A stretch of 64,000 nucleotides of DNA from NCBI RefSeq assembly GCF_009914755.1, contig NC_060928.1; one strand, 5' to 3'. The notes under the pieces were generated by a model, which searched no databases, was not told the origin of the DNA, and was given only the letters and a program-made list of their open reading frames with translations. Shown here one piece after another: positions 61,319 to 64,000 of the stretch. This DNA is from the human T2T-CHM13v2.0 reference genome, Homo sapiens. The position numbers and the translations under genes are program-made. Position 1 is the stretch's first letter, and each line of letters begins with the position of its first letter.

Positions 61319-63272
61319 ATCATCTTGTTTTGTTTTTGTTATCAATTTTGCTGTTTGCATCTTTTCAAAAAAACTGTACCGTATGCATCTTAAGATGGCA
61401 ATTATTTTACAGTGATTGCATCCTACTGTAAAATAAATACATCAATCAATGAAGAATTTGGGACAGCTGTCACAAATACAAAAGCCTGTCCTTACATTTC
61501 ATGTCTTATCTGGTCAGATTTTGGTTGACTGAATTTTTTTCTTTTTACAATTCAGAATTGTCTGGGTGGTCCTGACAGATGTTCAAGAACCCAGTAAACT
61601 CTTACATTAGCACAAAGTATAGAGTTAGTGACATCAAGATTCATATATAGATATGTGTGTACTATGTGTGTTTGTATAATACAATAGAGGCTCCAGCTTA
61701 ATGGAAACATATGGTAAATGGATTTAATAAAAATTCTTTTTTGAATGCTGATTATCCAAACCATCTGCAATGTGGTCAGATCACACTTCCTTCATGTCTT
61801 GCCTGAGAGAACAAAATAACCAGAGATTTGGACTCAGTTCCTGAGTCTAAGGAAGACTGTCCAAAAGTCCATCAACCCATGGTACATATTTTTCTTCTGA
61901 AAGGTTGTTTCATCTCTACTCCATTCCTATCAGCCTATGAATGTGTGTCTCTCTTTTTCCTTTCTCTCTAGTTATAAGATATATGTATATAATATATACA
62001 CCCACACATGTAGTAAAGCTTCTCTCTTTATGACTCTAGCATATGTAAATATATAGACAAAGGAAGAGTAGTAACTTAAAAGGGGAAGTACATTCTGTTA
62101 TGTTTTGGTGAAAACGCAGAACAAAATACAGAAGCGAAACAAGTTTTCAAAAAATCTCTACTTTTCTTCTTCTGCCTAGAGAAACAGATGTACATTGTAT
62201 TTATACAGATGCAACTTTCTTAAAATTAGAATAATGCATACCTTAAAATGATTGTTTTAGGTTATTTATTAGCAGCATAGCAAACAAATATCAACTTAAT
62301 TAATAATTAACATTTTTGACAGCTATTTTATAAAATTTATTTCTTAAAAGTGTTTTTGAAATCTTTTCATATACATTAACATATATTCATATTTTATAGG
62401 CTCTAAAGTATTATAAGATACATTATTGAAACACAATAAAAAATTAGTCCCTTCAATTTGATAAACTTTTTTACACAAATTGTCAATAAGTTATTCAATG
62501 AAATACAAGAAACAAAAGTATAAATGTTGTCTTCTGTTTTGCATTCGTTCGCCCTGGGGTTTGTGAGTTTTGATGTCCTGTAATGAGGTTGTTTGCAGAA
62601 TATATTACTAGATTGTCAAGATTTAAATGCATGTTTAATTTACAGCATCATTTGTACTCAGTTTTGAATATTTCACTTCAGCTTTCATTATTGCATAAAC
62701 AGAAATTTTAACTTGTTATAAGTGACCCATGAAGGGGTCTGAGAAATACAAAATATACTCAAAACAGTGACAGGGAAGGCTCTTTGTGGCCAGCTGTGAT
62801 GGACAGAGAAAGGCAAAGGTGGAGGTCAGAAGTGAGACCCCCACCGAGAAGCATGTGAAAGGAGAATTTACTTGTGGGAAAGAATAGAGAAGAGAAAAAT
62901 GAATATAAAAGAAACTAAGGATCCTACCAAGATTATGACTAAAACAACTGGGTCATTGTTGATAAAAATGAGGCTATGAAAGAAGTAGATTTTATCCTTT
63001 AAGGCAGTGGAAATAGAATAATTAAAAGTTGCCTGGTCACCAAGACCATAGACTTGTAAGAAATTCATTCACGTGTTTTTTATTCATTTAGTCAGCTTCC
63101 CATTCTACAAATATTTTTAGTACGTGTCATGTGAAAGGCACTACTATTTTCTCTGCATTGAGTGTGGTAGATGTTCAGGGTAGATGAGATGAGATGACAG
63201 ATGGTCCTAGACACCCAGTAAGGATGAAGTACTGTTTTACGTTGACTTGGCTGGCAGCAGTGGGCAACCCTC

Positions 63273-63636
63273 TTCTATGTTCTGAATGTTTGTAGTTAGT
63301 GTCCCCTACTTCATTAACACATCAAAATACCCCCAAGATAATGAAATTAGAAGGTGGGAACTTGGGGGAGTTGATGACATCATGAGGGTAGTGCCCCCAA
63401 GAATGAGATTTGTGCCCTTATAAAAGAGGCCCCAGAGAGATCCTTGCCTCTTCTGCCATGTGAGGTTACAGCAAAAACACTGACATCTAGAAAGCTGACC
63501 CTGATTAGACACCAAATCTGCTGGCACCTTGATATTGAACTTCTCAACCTCCAGAACTGTGAGAAAGACATTTATCCTTTTTATAAGTCATTCAGTCTGT
63601 GGTAGGCTGTTATAGCAGCCCAAACAGACTAAGGCA
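63273..63636 (+). mobile_element. MaLR solo LTR (MLT1A/MST-like)
   Basis: tatgttctgaatgtttgt...gcccttataaaagaggccccagag...ctccagaactgtgag...gttatagcagcccaaacagactaaggca. Confidence 0.85.
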
Positions 63637-63669
63637 CTCTCCAACACCCCAGAGCATCAACAACACTAC

Positions 63670-64000
63670 ATTTTTAAAGTCAGGTTTATTGAGGTATAAT
63701 TTACATAGAGTTATGTAATCACCACCACAATCAAACTATAGAACAGTTATGCTACCCCCAAAAAAATCCCCAATGCCCCTTTGCAGTCATCCGCTCCCCC
63801 ACCCTCAGCCCCTGGCAATGACTGGTATATTTTCTGTCCCTGAAGTTTTATCTTTGCCAGAAAGTTATATTATGCAATCTATAGCATGTAACCTTTGAGC
63901 CTGTCATCTTTCATTGAACGTAATGCACCTGAAATTCTTGCGTGCTGTTGTGTGTTATCAGTAGCTCCTTACTTTTCACTGCAGAGTAGTATTCAATTCA
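63670..64000 (-). mobile_element. Old L1M 3' fragment, running off the window
   Basis: tttattgaggtataatttacata..gtaatcaccaccacaatcaa..cagcccctggcaa..ttttctgtccc. Confidence 0.75.

Overview
AT-rich, repeat-dense human genomic DNA; the two human-specific young Alu types (Yb and Yh lineages) indicate the species. It looks intronic or intergenic: I found no host protein-coding gene, RNA gene or CRISPR array, and every recognisable ORF in the track is LINE-1 or Alu derived. Two full-length but dead LINE-1s dominate the minus strand: an L1PA3 (~21.07-27.52 kb) and an older L1PA15/16-like copy (~47.1-54.1 kb). There are also about 15 Alus, MaLR/ERV1 LTRs, hAT-Charlie DNA transposons, L2 and MIR relics, and microsatellites. 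The features that transposons do not explain are local rearrangements: a near-perfect 53-bp-arm hairpin built from a MIR relic, apparently by template switching (33504-33619); an old ~410-bp inverted duplication (3894-4302 / 5575-5981); a 132-bp tandem duplication; and several small perfect hairpins. Also notable are a twin-primed L1 insertion and independent Alu insertions at the same homologous ORF2 site in both L1s. I see no solid evidence for a wholly new biological system. Subfamily names come from recalled consensus sequences, and boundaries of old repeats are approximate.
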